Below are positions 28,094 through 41,874 of a stretch of 64,000 bases of DNA, piece by piece (the first letter of the stretch is position 1; every line of letters begins with the position of its first letter). The notes below the pieces were generated by a model. The model saw only the letters and a list, made by a program, of their open reading frames with translations, did not search any database and was not told the origin of the DNA. Both the position numbers and the translations under genes were made by a program. Where the stretch lies: assembly GCA_951406725.2 (NCBI GenBank), contig OX597820.1, positions 42,780,001 through 42,844,000 on the forward strand. Reading direction: 5' to 3'. The stretch is from Octopus vulgaris (taxonomy: Eukaryota).

Positions 28094-29559
28094 TGTGTGT
28101 GTGTGCTTGTGTGTGTGTGTATATACCTTCGAAACGCCGAGTAGATGAAACAGAAACAACTGAAGGAGTGGAATATTCCTTGTGTTGTATATCTTGTACT
28201 CTGTTTTTTCGTTGTTTGAAAAAAAGTTCGTTTCCATGTTTTTGTTTTTGTGTTTTCGTTTCTCATATTGTTCAAGGTTTTTATTTTGATACCATGTACC
28301 CATATATGCATGTATATATACATATGTGTGTTATGTCTTTACTTTGGTGACATATTTTTTCCAATACTGTAAACAAAAACTTATGAACATAAAAAGAAAT
28401 TATACATTAATCCTAATTTTTGTAAGCAGTTCTAAACGTAAACATTTACTCAGAGAGAGCAGAAATTGAAAGAAGAGAAAGCGAAAAGAGCAGAGAAAGA
28501 AAGTGAAAGCTGTATGTACGTCTATATGAAATGGACGTGTGTGTGTGTGTGAGCGTGTGTGCGTGTGTGTGCGCGTGCGTACGCGTGTGTATGTGAGAGA
28601 GAATGAGGGTGAGAAAGCGAGATTGAGTGAGTGTGTGAAGGTGTGTGTCGTGATGATTGATGTCTTTTAAGGTACATACACATATAGAAAACGTGACGTC
28701 ATTGTATAAAATGTTTACGATAGTTGTTTTATAGAAAATATTAAGTTAAATTTTTGAAACGCAAATATGTGAATTAAGTTTAATTTGTTGCCAAGATAGT
28801 GGTGTATCTTTAATACACCATACGTCAAAATATGTAAGTCGGCTTTTGGAATGTGTAAGGAATATATATATATATATATATATATAGGACAGTATCTCAC
28901 AATAGAGACGTAATACTAAAATAGTGTAAAAGATAAGGGCTTGCATTAGGGAAGAAGTTGGAAATTTTTTTGCCCCATGACACTGCATGGACCTTGGCTT
29001 TTGTATTTGATACCTGCTGCTTTAAGTATTTTCTTTCGATTTTATGTATATATGTATGTATAAGCCAATGAGGGATACCTCTATATGGTAGCTAGACCTG
29101 GTAGAAATAGCAGCCAAATCTCCCTCAAAACACCCTAATGTGTTAATCCAATAATTCTGCCTATTATGTAGTTTGAATAAGAAACTGTAACTAACGATTA
29201 AGATTTTTAACCTTAAAATTTTACGCGTTTTAATAGCAATCATTTTTTTTTCTCTTTTGCTTTCCTCGCAGATTTTCAGGTCAGATGTAAAGGTGGAATG
29301 GGTTAACTTGGACTGTGTTAAGTAATGAAAATGTTTGGTGAATGTATATGGTGGTTACTTTTGACTGTTTCTTCTCAATAAGGATAACTGATTGATAACG
29401 AATCTTAACACAATATATACAACTTCAAGGGGAATTGGATGGCATAAGAGAGACAGCTTAGCGACGGTTTTGGATGACTATCATTCTGTACTCCCCTTGT
29501 TGCTAGCAAAATGGTATGTGCTTGCTGCATGAGCAACTGGTAACTTTAATGGCGGAACA

Positions 29560-29745
29560 AACAGGATAAAAAGATGACAAAAATAGTGATTCTCACTTTG
29601 AAACTAACAATTTTGAAAATATTTTAGATTACGGTACGCCCCGCTATCTCATGTATCCATGTTTAAAATTTCAGCGCGATCAGATGAACAATATTCGAGT
29701 TATAAGCGCACAAACAGACACAGAACGGATTTTATATATTAAGAT
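29560..29745 (-). mobile_element. 5' fragment of Helitron-like element
   Basis: Revcomp TCTTAATATATAAAATCCGTTCTGTGT matches the start of the 48135 element. Confidence 0.5.
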
Positions 29746-29842
29746 AAACAGAGAGAGAGGGCGGGAGAGATAGAGAGAGAGAAAGAGAGAATTAAAAGAA
29801 AGGAAAATAGACATATATATAGACATAGATATAGACATATAT

Positions 29843-30040
29843 CTCCTTTTCCTCTCCTTTTTTTCTCTCCTTTTTTCTCTCCTTGTTTCCCCCTTGTTTT
29901 TTCTGTGTCCCTTTCTGTAGAAGAGCGTAGGCTTGAAACGTAAAAAACTTTTTCTATTCCTGAGCGTTAAACTAATACATCTGTTTGTTTCATACACCAC
30001 CTGCCTTCGTCTTGTGTTTTATTTTTGTAAACTCTCCCTA
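29843..30040 (+). mobile_element. Penelope-like 3' terminal fragment with hammerhead-like motif
   Basis: CTGTAGAAGAGC-GTAG-GCTTGAAACGTA (29915-29942) then CTGAGCGT; pyrimidine-rich; ends at TATA. Confidence 0.55.
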
Positions 30041-30079
30041 TAGATATAGACATAGGTGTATATACGTATGTATATATCG

Positions 30080-30730
30080 GCCTCATATTTTTGCAAAAGG
30101 CTACCAACTTTGGCGGATCACACGATCCCAGTGTTCAACTGACACTTTCTTTAGTGACCTCGAAATAATGAAAATCAAAGTCGACTTCGGCGGATTGTGA
30201 ACTCAGAAGGTAAAGACGGATGGAATGTTGCTAAGCATTATAATAAATGACAATATGCAGTACTTCATTAAAACATTTGCTTCTGCATAATGAATTATTT
30301 TCTGCATGAGCTCTAGCGAAAAATATTTTAAATAAATATGAGATAGCATTAGTGTATGATTGCATGTAACAATCCTTTTTACTCTAGGCGCAGAGCGTAA
30401 AATTTTAAGGGATCAATGTAATAGACTATTGCATTGATCCCAGTGCGCACTTGCTATTTATTTCATCGACCTCGCAATGATGAAAGGCAAATTCGACTTC
30501 GGTGAAATGTGAAATCACACTGTAAAGCTACCCTTTGACAGACGTGCAAAAGTATCGAACCAGTTCACCGCTTAATAATCCTTTGCACTATAATAGGCAT
30601 AAGGTCTGAAACCTTAGAGTGGGGAGACAAGTCATTACATCGACACCACCCAAAGTGTTCAACTGGTACTTTTTAAACGACCCGTAAATGATGAAAGGCA
30701 GGGAAAACTTGATCGGAATTTGAAATCAGA
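30080..30730 (-). mobile_element. Cluster of three decayed SINE family B copies
   Basis: Recurring ATGAAAGGCAAAGTCGAC..CGG..TGAA-like motif at ~30170, ~30480 and ~30690. Confidence 0.65.
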
Positions 30731-31360
30731 TGAGTTTCATATGGAATAAACACAAATTTACTTCTCTTGCATATGATTCAAGCCTTATCCATAAACGTTA
30801 ACAGCGAATAGAAACCGAGATTTTTTTTTTCTTGCTTGTGAGTTTAATAATTCCCTATTGCACTAGCCTGTCTAACAACACTGGATAATGCGTTAATGCA
30901 TATGACTAGACGGATCAGTGAGTAGAGAACCTGTGTTTGACTTTAATGTAAGACGTAGTTAGTAAAACAAATTTGCTTTTTAAATGCAAGACAATATTAT
31001 CGTATGCGTGTTTATGTATGCATGCATTTATGTATGTATGTACGTATGTATGTATGTATGTATGTATGTATGTATGTATGTATGTATGTATGTATGTATG
31101 TATGTATGTATGTATGTATGTGTGTGTGTGTATGTATATACATGTGTGTATTTCAAGAGACTAACAAGGAGAAGGATGTAGGATTATACTTAGAATGAGA
31201 AAAATTATGGATATGTTTATTGCAATATCACAGGGCTTCACTGCGAGGAGGCTTTTAAATCCTCAGTTAGTTCAATTTTGGCATGCAGTAATATTTTTTT
31301 GATACGCTGACGTACAAATTTATAATACATACAGATACATACGCACTCGCACGCACACAA

Positions 31361-31427
<67 letters not shown>

Positions 31428-32109
31428 TATACACACATGTAAACGTGTGTTTCTTACTGAATATATGGAAATATACATAGACCAACATTTATCTATCTAC
31501 TAGTGGCTCCTATTAATATTTACGTAGCTCTTAAAGTATTTACTACCGCAGCTGTTTTAAGGAAGTATACAACTAAAATATAGACACAAACAAAATCGGG
31601 TGCATACGTACATTCATGTATACATGCATACCCATATATATAAGTATATACATATATATACACACATATATACATACATGCACACACATATATATACATA
31701 TATATATATACACATATATAGATAGATAGATATAGATATAGATATATATATACATATATAGGTATATATGTTTGTATGTATGTATCTATGTATATTGTCC
31801 ACTGTTGGCATACTGGTTTACAGCGAAGATACTTTGAGAAATATTAGCATTAGTTGAGTAAATATTACTAGTGATTATATTGTAGTTTAGTACTTTCAAT
31901 ATCTATGATCATAAAAGAATTGGCGTCTATAATTGAATTTTACATTTTCTTCCGGTTTTTATGTGTTATGTTCTGTTTTGTATGTATTTTAATGCATGCT
32001 GGTATACACTAATATGTGTGCGCATGTATGTGGGCAGGTGTGCCCGCGTATGAATGTCTGTGTGTGTGTGTGTGTGTGTGTGTTTAGATAGATAGATAGA
32101 TAGATAGAC

Positions 32110-32162
<53 letters not shown>

Positions 32163-32789
32163 GATAGATATGTTGGTATTCATATAAGTATGTATGTAAA
32201 CAGTAAAGTGTGTACAAATGCGTATGACAACTATCCAGAATGAATATCAAAAGCTTCTACAATCTGTAACACTTTAAAATGGATGAAAAGTATATGTCTT
32301 GGGTTTTTCGAACTCAATTGATTTTTTTTACTAAATGGTGATTTTAGGGACACATTACTAATATTTTGCATTTGGTTGATCAAAGTATATTACCTACAAA
32401 TTTGTTGCTTTTCATGTATTAGTAGCTTTACGTTTGGTTGATTTTCATTGGACATACTTAATACTTCGTTTCAGTGAAATATTATGCAGTTATACGTTCA
32501 CAACTTAGTTTGATATTACCAAAGCGCATAAGTTTTATAATAAACTTTAGAAATCTTAATCTCCTGTTGCTTGATCACACTGAACTTTCGTATGAATTAT
32601 CAGCTTACACAAATATTCGACGTGCTGAAAATGTTTTAGCAAAATACATTGAGAACTAATATATTTTATCAATCTATTCTCATTTCTGATTAACCCGCGC
32701 TATAAACAATGCTGTATGGTTGTTGCTTTGTATCCTTTTCATATTGCAGCGTTTGGTTGACATATTTGTGCCACGCAATACTGGTATTT

Positions 32790-33090
32790 GTATTTAACCC
32801 TCAACATTCGAAGACAACAGATGAGTGTTTGGTATTATTGCCGAACGACCTGCACAAATTATTTGTTTATGTTGACCAAAGATATGTGCTGCAAATTAGC
32901 TCACTCGTTCCACCAAATCCACGTTGCTTAAACTGGCTCACCGGATGCCAAGCATCAGTTGTCGAAGTGATTGCAACGTGAGATGAAGTGTTTGCTCAAG
33001 AACACAACACGAACCACCCGATCTAGGAATTGAAACCACGATCTCGAGGTTGTGAGTGCAACACCCTAAACACTAGACCATACGTCCTCA
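32790..33090 (-). mobile_element. tRNA-derived SINE, family E
   Basis: Minus strand: TGGTCTAGTGTTTA A-box, GGTTTCAATTCC B-box, GTTGTGTTCTTGAGCAAACACTT central domain. Confidence 0.7.
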
Positions 33091-33092
33091 CA

Positions 33093-33490
33093 AGGCGTGA
33101 CTGTGTGGTAAGAAGGCTGCTTTCTAACTACATAGGTCTGGGTTCATTCCTACTGTGTGGCACCATGGGCAACCGTCTTCTGCTATAGCCGATCAAAGCT
33201 TTGTCTGTCGATTTGGTTGACGGAAACTGAAAGAAGCCCATCATATATATATGTATATATATATGTGCATATGTCTTTATGTATGCGTTTGTCCCCCTCC
33301 AGCGCTTCACAACTGGTGTTAGTGTGTTTACGCTCCCATAGTCTAGTGGTTCGATAACAGACACCGATAAAATAAATGTCAGGTTTTAAAACATAAGTCC
33401 TGGGGTCGATTTCTTCGACTAACACCCTTCACAGCAGTGCCCCAGCATGGCCGCAGTCAGATGACTGAAACTAGTACAGGATAAAAGATA
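33093..33490 (+). mobile_element. SINE family A
   Basis: Colinear with the revcomp of 3418-3820. Confidence 0.85.
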
Positions 33491-33840
33491 TACGAGTAGA
33501 TGTGTGTGTGCGCGCGCAATCACGTGTGTATACACACACTCACTGAGAAACATATGCATACACATATACATGGATGCATAGATACATACATATATATATA
33601 TGCATACATATGCATATGCATAATCATATTTATATAGAGGGGGGAGTTTACGAGGGAACGATATATATGTGTGCGTGTGTGAGAGAAAGAGAGAGAGTGA
33701 GTGTGTGTGTGTGTGTGTGTGCATGTTCATGCATGCCTGTGTGTGTGTGCGTATTTCTCTGAATGTGAACCGTGTTGTATCTATTGATCCACTGAGGAGC
33801 TAATTCAACTTGTTACTCAACATTTGTGTGCGCGCGCGTA

Positions 33841-33879
<39 letters not shown>

Positions 33880-34916
33880 TTGCGTGCGCGTGTGGGTGTA
33901 TTAGTATAACAAATAAAGTAGGAGTAGGTGGCAACTCACTGAGAGAAAGCTTTAGTGAAATTTTATGAGAACGAGTAATGTATGCCTACGTGTGTTTACT
34001 ATAAAAGTCCCTGATCTTTAACTTAGAGAATTGACCAATGGAATTTCAGCATTTTTGAACAGCGCTAGGAGAAAAATTCTGTTTACGACAGAACTCTTTC
34101 GTATGGCAGCTATATTCTGCCATTAGAGCTGCAGCTATCGGAAACTAAGACATTTCTTGAAGGCTCAAATAATCGATTTATTTAAGCAATTAATTATTCA
34201 GCTAAGTCAAGCAGCTGTGTTTCTTAGTAAAATGTCTGTCTTAATTGAAGTTATGATCTATGGTTCATTGCAGCTGCAACTTGGTGAAGGAATATCTAAT
34301 CCCACCTTCATAAATCTTACATCCGCAGTTTGTGTTGAGCAACCATTCTCATGTCCGTACTTCTACAAAACCAAGAACTGTTGGACTTTTATATCATTAA
34401 TTCTAAGAGAAATCTTTAGAGACAGAATAATCATTTAGAAGGCGTTAATTGTGCCTGCTAGAATTTAAATTTCGCTCTTTCTTTCTCTCTCACTCTCTCT
34501 CACCCACTTCAGAATTGCCTAAACCACGCCCAACTTTTGTGAGTGTATTCTTAAATATATACTTCACTCATCCAAAATTATTAGCCGAATTAGAGCGAAA
34601 GTGCGGAGCAATATGTCTCAGTAAGCAGGTAGACTGATGGTGCTTTTTTTTTATTCTGGTAAAATATATTGATAAATAAATATGCACAAGAACCCCAAAT
34701 ACATATTATGAAATAGGCAACCAAATATTCGGACAAACGCATATTTTGACAAAATACAGCATAGCATCGAGTAGATGTTCATGTGGGAATAGATGCATTT
34801 CCATACGCTTTGAGTTCAAACACCACTCAGGCTAACTTTATTTTTCATCATTCTCGAGCCTATAGATAAAGTAACAATCCAGTATTGGGTTCGATTTTCC
34901 TTCTTCCCCTTCTTCT

Positions 34917-34956
<40 letters not shown>

Positions 34957-35393
34957 CTCTCCCTCACTCACTATACACCTTTCTATCATGATTCTACTTA
35001 CGAGTCAAACATTCTGCATCGTGATACCATATCATGCATATACGACGTGAAATCGGGATTAATAGTCCGACGGTTTAGTGGGAAGCTCAATCACTCTCCC
35101 TGTTAGCTAATGAACAATCAAAAATGGAAGTTTTAAAATATTGTCGCTCAAGTTAAAATTGAAATAAAACGAATATATTGTTTTTAGTCAAATGTTAAAA
35201 TTATACAAATTTATACTATAAATCTTGAGATTATAATTTCCCCTATGAACAAAATACTATAATTTATATATTTGTTCTCTATAAATTATGGTGGATGATA
35301 GAGAGGTTGAAACACCTGTATATGATTGAAATATAGCCTGTATTTCTGTTGTATCGCCAATTGTTATGATGATACTTTCTTACACTATAACAA

Positions 35394-36178
35394 TGTAGTA
35401 ACTATAAAATATATAAAGAAGCAGAGTAACAACAACGTAACAACGTAAACAAATTCTCCACGAACTATACACATACCAAAAAATGATATTCCGACAAACT
35501 ACCAAAGCGACACCATATGTCTTCCAGCGATTAACGCCTGCCCTCTCCTATCTCACTCAGACAGCTACTATTTATAATCGTTCTGTCAGTCTATTATCGC
35601 AGTGTGTGTGGTGACCCTCGCCACATCTCCTGTTTTGAGATTTCGAATTCTGTAGGAAACGAAATTTATTTTACTTTATTTTTTTTTCTTTCTAGCACCT
35701 CTCCCTTTTTGAGATTTTGATTCTCTAAGGAGAATCCGCTTAGGAATTATTTCTAAATGTTCAGTCTGTTTACGTTTTCTATTACTGCTCCTTCTAGGCC
35801 CAAACTATTTTGGTGCAGGTACATCGAACATGTCGCAAAAACTTCCATTGGAATTTCTCCCCTTTCTTCCGTATGTCTAGTTTTTAATTGATTTAGGTGT
35901 CGTTTATGCTCGCATCGTTGGCCTTTTATTAAATACATCATGTTTCCAATTCTTCTAGTCACTATGCCGTCCTCCCAACCTTTTTTGCCGTTCTTGTATA
36001 CTTTTTAATGGATTTTGTCTCCCACAACAAAATGCTTTGTTGATTTTTTGTATTTTTCCTATACGTGTTTTTTCTTTGGTAACAACTTGCCTACCCTCTC
36101 CCACCTCACTCAGACCGCTATTATTTGTAGTCGTTCAGTCAGTCTATTCTCGCAGGGTGTGTTGTGACCCTCGCTACA
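35394..36178 (-). mobile_element. Internally deleted Gypsy-type LTR retrotransposon relic
   Basis: 92 bp diverged direct repeats (35536-35627, 36089-36180); TGTAG...CTACA termini; purine tract AAAACAGGAGA next to the 3' LTR (35394-35625); internal VGDKIH*KVYKNGKKGWEDGIVTRRIGNMMYLIKGQRCEHKRHLNQLKTR resembles a Gypsy integrase C-terminus. No TSD seen. Confidence 0.7.
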
Positions 36179-36351
36179 TCACTTTGAAAATTAAAAGAAA
36201 ATCAATAAACTCCCATTCAGGTTTTCCCAGCTATAGCTGAGATAATATTTCGATATTCTGAAAAATGAGAGCATCCAGTGGTGGGCAATAATTGCTTTTT
36301 AACGAACCTAGAAAGGGCCAAATGGGCAATGATATATTTTCAGTTCAGAAA

Positions 36352-36560
36352 TAATCCTTTCTGCTATAGGCACAAAGTCTGAAATTTTTGGGAAGGGAGC
36401 TAGTTGATTACCTCGATCCAGTTCTCCACTTCTAATTATTTCACCAATCTCAAAAAGATGAAAGGAAATGCCGACCTCGCTGGAATTTGAACTCAGAGCG
36501 TAGAGAGCATGGAATGCCTCTAAGTATTTTGTCCGGCGTCCTAGCTATTCCGCCAAATCA
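36352..36560 (-). mobile_element. SINE family B, diverged
   Basis: GATGAAAGGAAATGCCGACCTCGCTGGAATTTGAACTCAGAGCGTA is the revcomp of the family B core. Confidence 0.75.
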
Positions 36561-38399
36561 TCGCTTTCAGCTCAGAAATAATAATAGATAAATGATGTGG
36601 TGGTATGTGGGGAATCCAACCTCTCCTCTGAAAGGAAAAAAAATCCCCTTTACACACGAAGTGTTGGGAAAATATGCCTATGAAGCTCTGGGTAAAGAAT
36701 GCGTTTAGGCTCTTGATAAACAAAAACTTAGATAAATATACTCAAGCTTTATATAAAAATTGAACAACAAACCTGCTTTCTACAATTGCACAAAATTTAA
36801 TTTATTTTCCTCAGACCCAGCATAAACAATAGGAAAATATTTCAGTTAGCTATGCATAAAAGCCCGTGCTTCGGAGAAAGTAAATGTCCTTTCAAATTTA
36901 ACCATAGTATCAACATGTTACACGAGAACACCTTAGTCATCTGACTAAATATATCCAGGTTTTTTCCCTATTCGACCCCAACCACAGCCACAACCACCAC
37001 ACACACATACACACACAAGAATTACATATTTAAATTTGAATCGCATTTTCAGCTGCAGTATTCTTAATCTTACATTTTTTTTCTTGTCCAGTAATTTTCC
37101 AGTTAGAACTTTAAAATTTAAAACTTTGTTTCCTTTGTCCAGTCTTTTGCAGCCCTTACAGTCTCTAGACATAACGACCAGGAGGAGATTGATAGAAGCG
37201 GAAAATTAATTCGAGCAGTAGTGTGACGTTTTAAAAACAATGTCTTTCTGATATGACAACTTTTTACTTCAAGCCCTCTCTTCTACTGCATGAGCTTTAA
37301 ATTTGCTTAATTTTGTTTACAGAAATATATTCCTTTTATTTGGATCTTTCAAATAAGCAAAAATATAATAAATCCTTTTTTAAAAAATCTAACAGAGTAA
37401 TTATGATTTAAAGATGAATTTAGGCCTCATGCTTACTCAACTTTAATCAGTTTTGCCCCAGAAGATTCTTATGCTGCAAAATTTTGAAAACCTTTACAAA
37501 ATTAGATATTTCTGATTATACAAGTTTAATCAAAAGTAATAATAAAGAAATAAGGAACGTATACAGCTTAGATTTTGCATCTACACGTACTCTTTGCCAT
37601 TGTTGTGAAAATTTTATCGTCGCCTTTTTACCCACCAGCTTTGTTTTATGATATTTCAAAAGGGAGCAATGCATTGATTTGTTTCAATAAACTTAAACCC
37701 ATTTAATTTGGTCAAGAATAGAATTAATTAGTAGGCGTAGAAATGATCCTGGAAAAGAGAGAATATTATTCACCAAAAAATGTGCGCGAAAGATTTATTT
37801 CCATTTAGCAATTTCCCAATGTATATATTTAACGTAGAATCTTATCTAACTCATTGTCACGTTGTCCACAGTTCTGAATAATGATGTCGCCAATTGAAGG
37901 CGTAGAATTTTGAACATTTCAAATTTATTCATCTCTTGAAACCATGCATATCTTACCATTAAATCACAAAACGCTCCCCTTTTCATCTATATTTCCTGTG
38001 TTTCTAATAAAGATGATAAATATATGTCTATATATTTAGATGTGAATTTTGTGCCATTTTAACTATTAAGTTAGCATTTATTCTTGTATCTTGAACTATG
38101 CTGAAAAGATTTGATATAGCTATTTTTACTTTTCTTTGTGCCCAAGATATTTGGGAAAAGGAAATTAGTTGATTTAATTGGCTAATCCTCTCCTCTCAAA
38201 GCTTCTAGTCTTGTGCCTAAATTGGAATCAATTATTTCTTTATTGTTTGGGATTTATAAACTGACGGAATTTAATTGAGACAAGTTTGAAACATTAAATA
38301 AAATTTAAAGCAAATTTCACTTGCATGTTTTCCTTTTCAAGTAAATAAATGAAGACATTAATGCCACAGACATTGAATAACTTGTGCTCCATATTTACA

Positions 38400-40650
38400 G
38401 TGGCACAAATAAGAATATGACTTAAATCTAGACTTACCAACTTTTAGATATAAGATTCTTGCTCTAACATATTTTTAAAAACCATATCATTGGCAAAATT
38501 TTATATCTATATCTTGGTATTTCTAAACTTAAATAATATATATATATATATGTAATTCGATACCGCCATATGTAATTTAATTTAGATTAGACATCAGCTT
38601 CTGCAGAAACAATAGATATAATCGTTTCATGGTGAAGGCAACTCATGAAGCATTTAAATGTCATTTGCTGTTTTAGTAAACCCTGAGTTGACATAAGAAA
38701 TGTATTGCTACGTTTTGCGAAAAGGAAAGTATCTTCTTTTATTTTACGTTGCACTCCACGCTTTACATGTTTGCGAAACGTATTAGTATTTTTAATGGAA
38801 AGAAAAAGATACCTGACGTTCAGAGTCCCAGTGGTTTCGAGTAAAAGTAAAACAGCATTACCATAACTACTTTTCTTATCTTGTCAATATCATAAGCAAC
38901 GAGTAAAATAATCGAAGCAAATATGAATATCTTAGAAGAGAATTCAGTAAGAAAGCTTCTTCTGCAATAAAACGATACATACTTTCCTTCAGCAACTTGC
39001 TGAAATTTCTGAATGATAACGCTGCACTCCACTTTTATTTTACGCTGCACTCCACGCTTTACATGTTTGCGAAACGTATTAGTATTTTTAATGGAAAGAA
39101 AAAGATACCTGACGTTCAGAGTCCCAGTGGTTTCGAGTAAAAGTAAAACAGCATTACCATAACTACTTTTCTTATCTTGTCAATATCATAAGCAACGAGT
39201 AAAATAATCGAAGCAAATATGAATATCTTAGAAGAGAATTCAGTAAGAAAGCTTCTTCTGCAATAAAACGATACATACTTTCCTTCAGCAACTTGCTGAA
39301 ATTTCTGAATGATAACGCATCATTCAATCATTTATATCAGATGATAAAATCGTTACAAAAGATGAAAGTAACTCTGTTTTTCAAGGATCTTAATTTACTG
39401 CCCAAAGGTTTGAACAAATTCATCTTGCATCACCATGGATCTGAATCTCTTTAATGAATCTTCAGCATTGCTATCCAGCATGTTGAATGAAATAAATATA
39501 TTTCCTGCGCCTCTTTTTTAGAATACAATCCTAGTTTTCTTACATTGATATCGGAGGTATTCTGTCGATGTTTAAAATGTTATGCTAAAGGAATGATGGC
39601 TGTCATTAATATTTCCATGTTGACTCTAAAGAATGTTTCTTTCCTTATATACTACAGAAATTCCAGTGGGTGACCAGTATGAAAAGGAGCACGAAATAAT
39701 TTAGGTTTGAAGAAAATTATCAAGATCATCAGTGGCATATTTATGTAAACCTAAGCCTGATGAATTTACATCTTGCTTAGTAAAGAAGCTACACGACCTA
39801 AGGTGTATCTTTATTTCTTTGGATCAAGTAGAAAAGACCATCACTGAATAGGACAGAAATTACTTTCGAAAGAAGACAACGAAGCTGAAGATTATATCTT
39901 TGAAATATGGAATAAACCCCATCATAATCCTATCGTTAAATATTAAAGTTTGACCTAACGAAGCAATGTATAAATGTTTCGAAAAAGGGCGTTAGATTTG
40001 TTTACTTGCGCACTTCAGTCACTGCCCTGAATACAGAAAAGCTTACTGCAGCGATTTTTTTATGAGTTTCTTCTAGTGATCAAAATACTTCTCTACGAAC
40101 CTAATTCAGCAATTAGTAGTGGCTGTTCGCTCCAATTTAATAAGCCTGATATTAACAGTCTATAACATCACATTCATGCAGATAAATTATCAGAAAAGCT
40201 TACTGATTTAAGCGAAAAGAAAGGTAGAAGATCGACAGTTCAAGCGGGATATATGAAAGATGAAGAAAGCCGATCAAATCTTCAGCAGGACTTTGCTATT
40301 AAATCTCACCCAAGACAATCTTATGAAAGGATTGTTTTTTTTTTTCAATGAGTAATTAAGTTTTTCATTTATTTTTAAGGTACGATTGCTATAGATTTTA
40401 ATCTTATGCACTCTAAACGTTTTCCTCTGAAATAAACAAATTTAGTAATATGCACCTATTTATTTATAGAAATAAAGTTAGTAGATCATTAATCAGATGG
40501 TTATGATGTAGAAAAACCGACGTTATATTTGAAATCAGCGCTCCGACACTTAAGACATCAAAATGATTATTTTAAACTTCATGCTTTTATATAACGCATA
40601 TTTCAACACAATATCGAAGTAATTATCGAAACTTTCGAAATTATTTAGTG
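38400..40650 (+). pseudogene. Decayed DNA transposon, Chapaev3-like (CMC superfamily) transposase relic
   Basis: Fragments FRVPVVS..QHYHNYFSYLVNI (cf. FxVPMVWREPxxHxxDCYFC), YQDHQWHIYVNLSLMNL (cf. HxWxICGDLKV) and ILSLNIK (cf. LPPLHIKLGL) in the expected order. Family assigned from recalled motifs; boundaries approximate. Confidence 0.55.
38736..39318. repeat. Near-perfect tandem duplication, period 296 bp
   Basis: 38736-39022 repeated at 39032-39318 with a 9 bp junction TGCACTCCA. Confidence 0.95.
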
Positions 40651-40748
40651 CTAGGGTAGCTTGGACTGCTGATCAATTCCCAATAAAATTTGGAGTTTAT
40701 ACGTAAACTATATTCCAATTCGTCATATCGATATTATGGGATCTTATA

Positions 40749-40957
40749 AGACGGTGAGCGGTCAGATTTGTTATCACACTGGATAAAATACGTAGCGGCA
40801 TTTCGTCCGTCACTACGTTCTGGTTTCGAATTCCACTGAGGTCGACTTTGCCTTTTAATCTTTTAGGGTCGATAAAGTACCAGTGAAACACTGGTATCGA
40901 TGTAATCGACTAGTCCCCTCCCCACAAATCGGTTGCCTTCCGCCACCAATAGATAGG
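40749..40957 (+). mobile_element. SINE family B, followed by (TAT)n(GAA)n to ~41100
   Basis: GGCATTTCGTCCGTCACTACGTTCTGGTTTCGAATTCC...GGGTCGATAAAGTACCAG. Confidence 0.8.
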
Positions 40958-41013
<56 letters not shown>

Positions 41014-41060
41014 GGAAAGAAGAAGAAGAAGAAGAAGAAGAAGAAGAAGAAGAAGAAGAA

Positions 41061-41092
<32 letters not shown>

Positions 41093-41464
41093 AGAAGAAG
41101 GCAAATGGTTAGAAAGAAGAGAGCAGCATGAAGAAGATGAGAAAGACATTTATCAATGGATCCGTTTGTTAAGTAAATATTTAAACATAGATTTGGACTA
41201 CAAAGTTATGTAAACTTGGAAATAATAGATGGATATGTCAATAAGCTCGAGAAGTGGTATTCTATTAGTTAACTGAAATCATTGAATCATGTATATTGAC
41301 AGGTGGAAAGTCGGTGAAATCTTGTGACAGAGGTTAAACGCCTCTGTTGTAAGCATATCCTAAACAAAGGGAGAATTTAAAGGGTAATTATTTATAAATT
41401 GGTTATACACAAATACGGCTATATTTGAACACAGATATGAGTACAGTTATTCATTTTTACAGTT

Positions 41465-41519
<55 letters not shown>

Positions 41520-41541
41520 ATAGATATATAGATAGATAGAT

Positions 41542-41649
<108 letters not shown>

Positions 41650-41667
41650 CAGACAAACAGACAGACA

Positions 41668-41860
41668 GACTCGTTAGCCCGCCGGGCAAAGTGCTTACCG
41701 GAATTTCGTCCGTGTTTACGTTCTGAGTGCAAATTCCGCCGAGATCGACTTTCCCGGGGTCGATGGAATAAGTGTCACTTACGCACGGGGGCTGATCTAA
41801 TTGACTTCTTCCCTCCCGCCAAATTTTAGACATTGTGCCCATAATAGAAAGCACTATTAT
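41668..41860 (+). mobile_element. SINE family B, diverged
   Basis: TCGTTAGC..GGAATTTCGTCCGTGTTTACGTTCTGAGTGCAAATTCCGCCGAGATCGACTTT. Confidence 0.75.
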
Positions 41861-41874
41861 TATTAGCGTGTGAG

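Noticed and set aside
28125-28310. Possible Penelope-like terminus beginning TTCGAAACGCC
   Set aside because: Only a GAAAC half-motif; no CUGANGA, no repeat structure and no second copy in the window.
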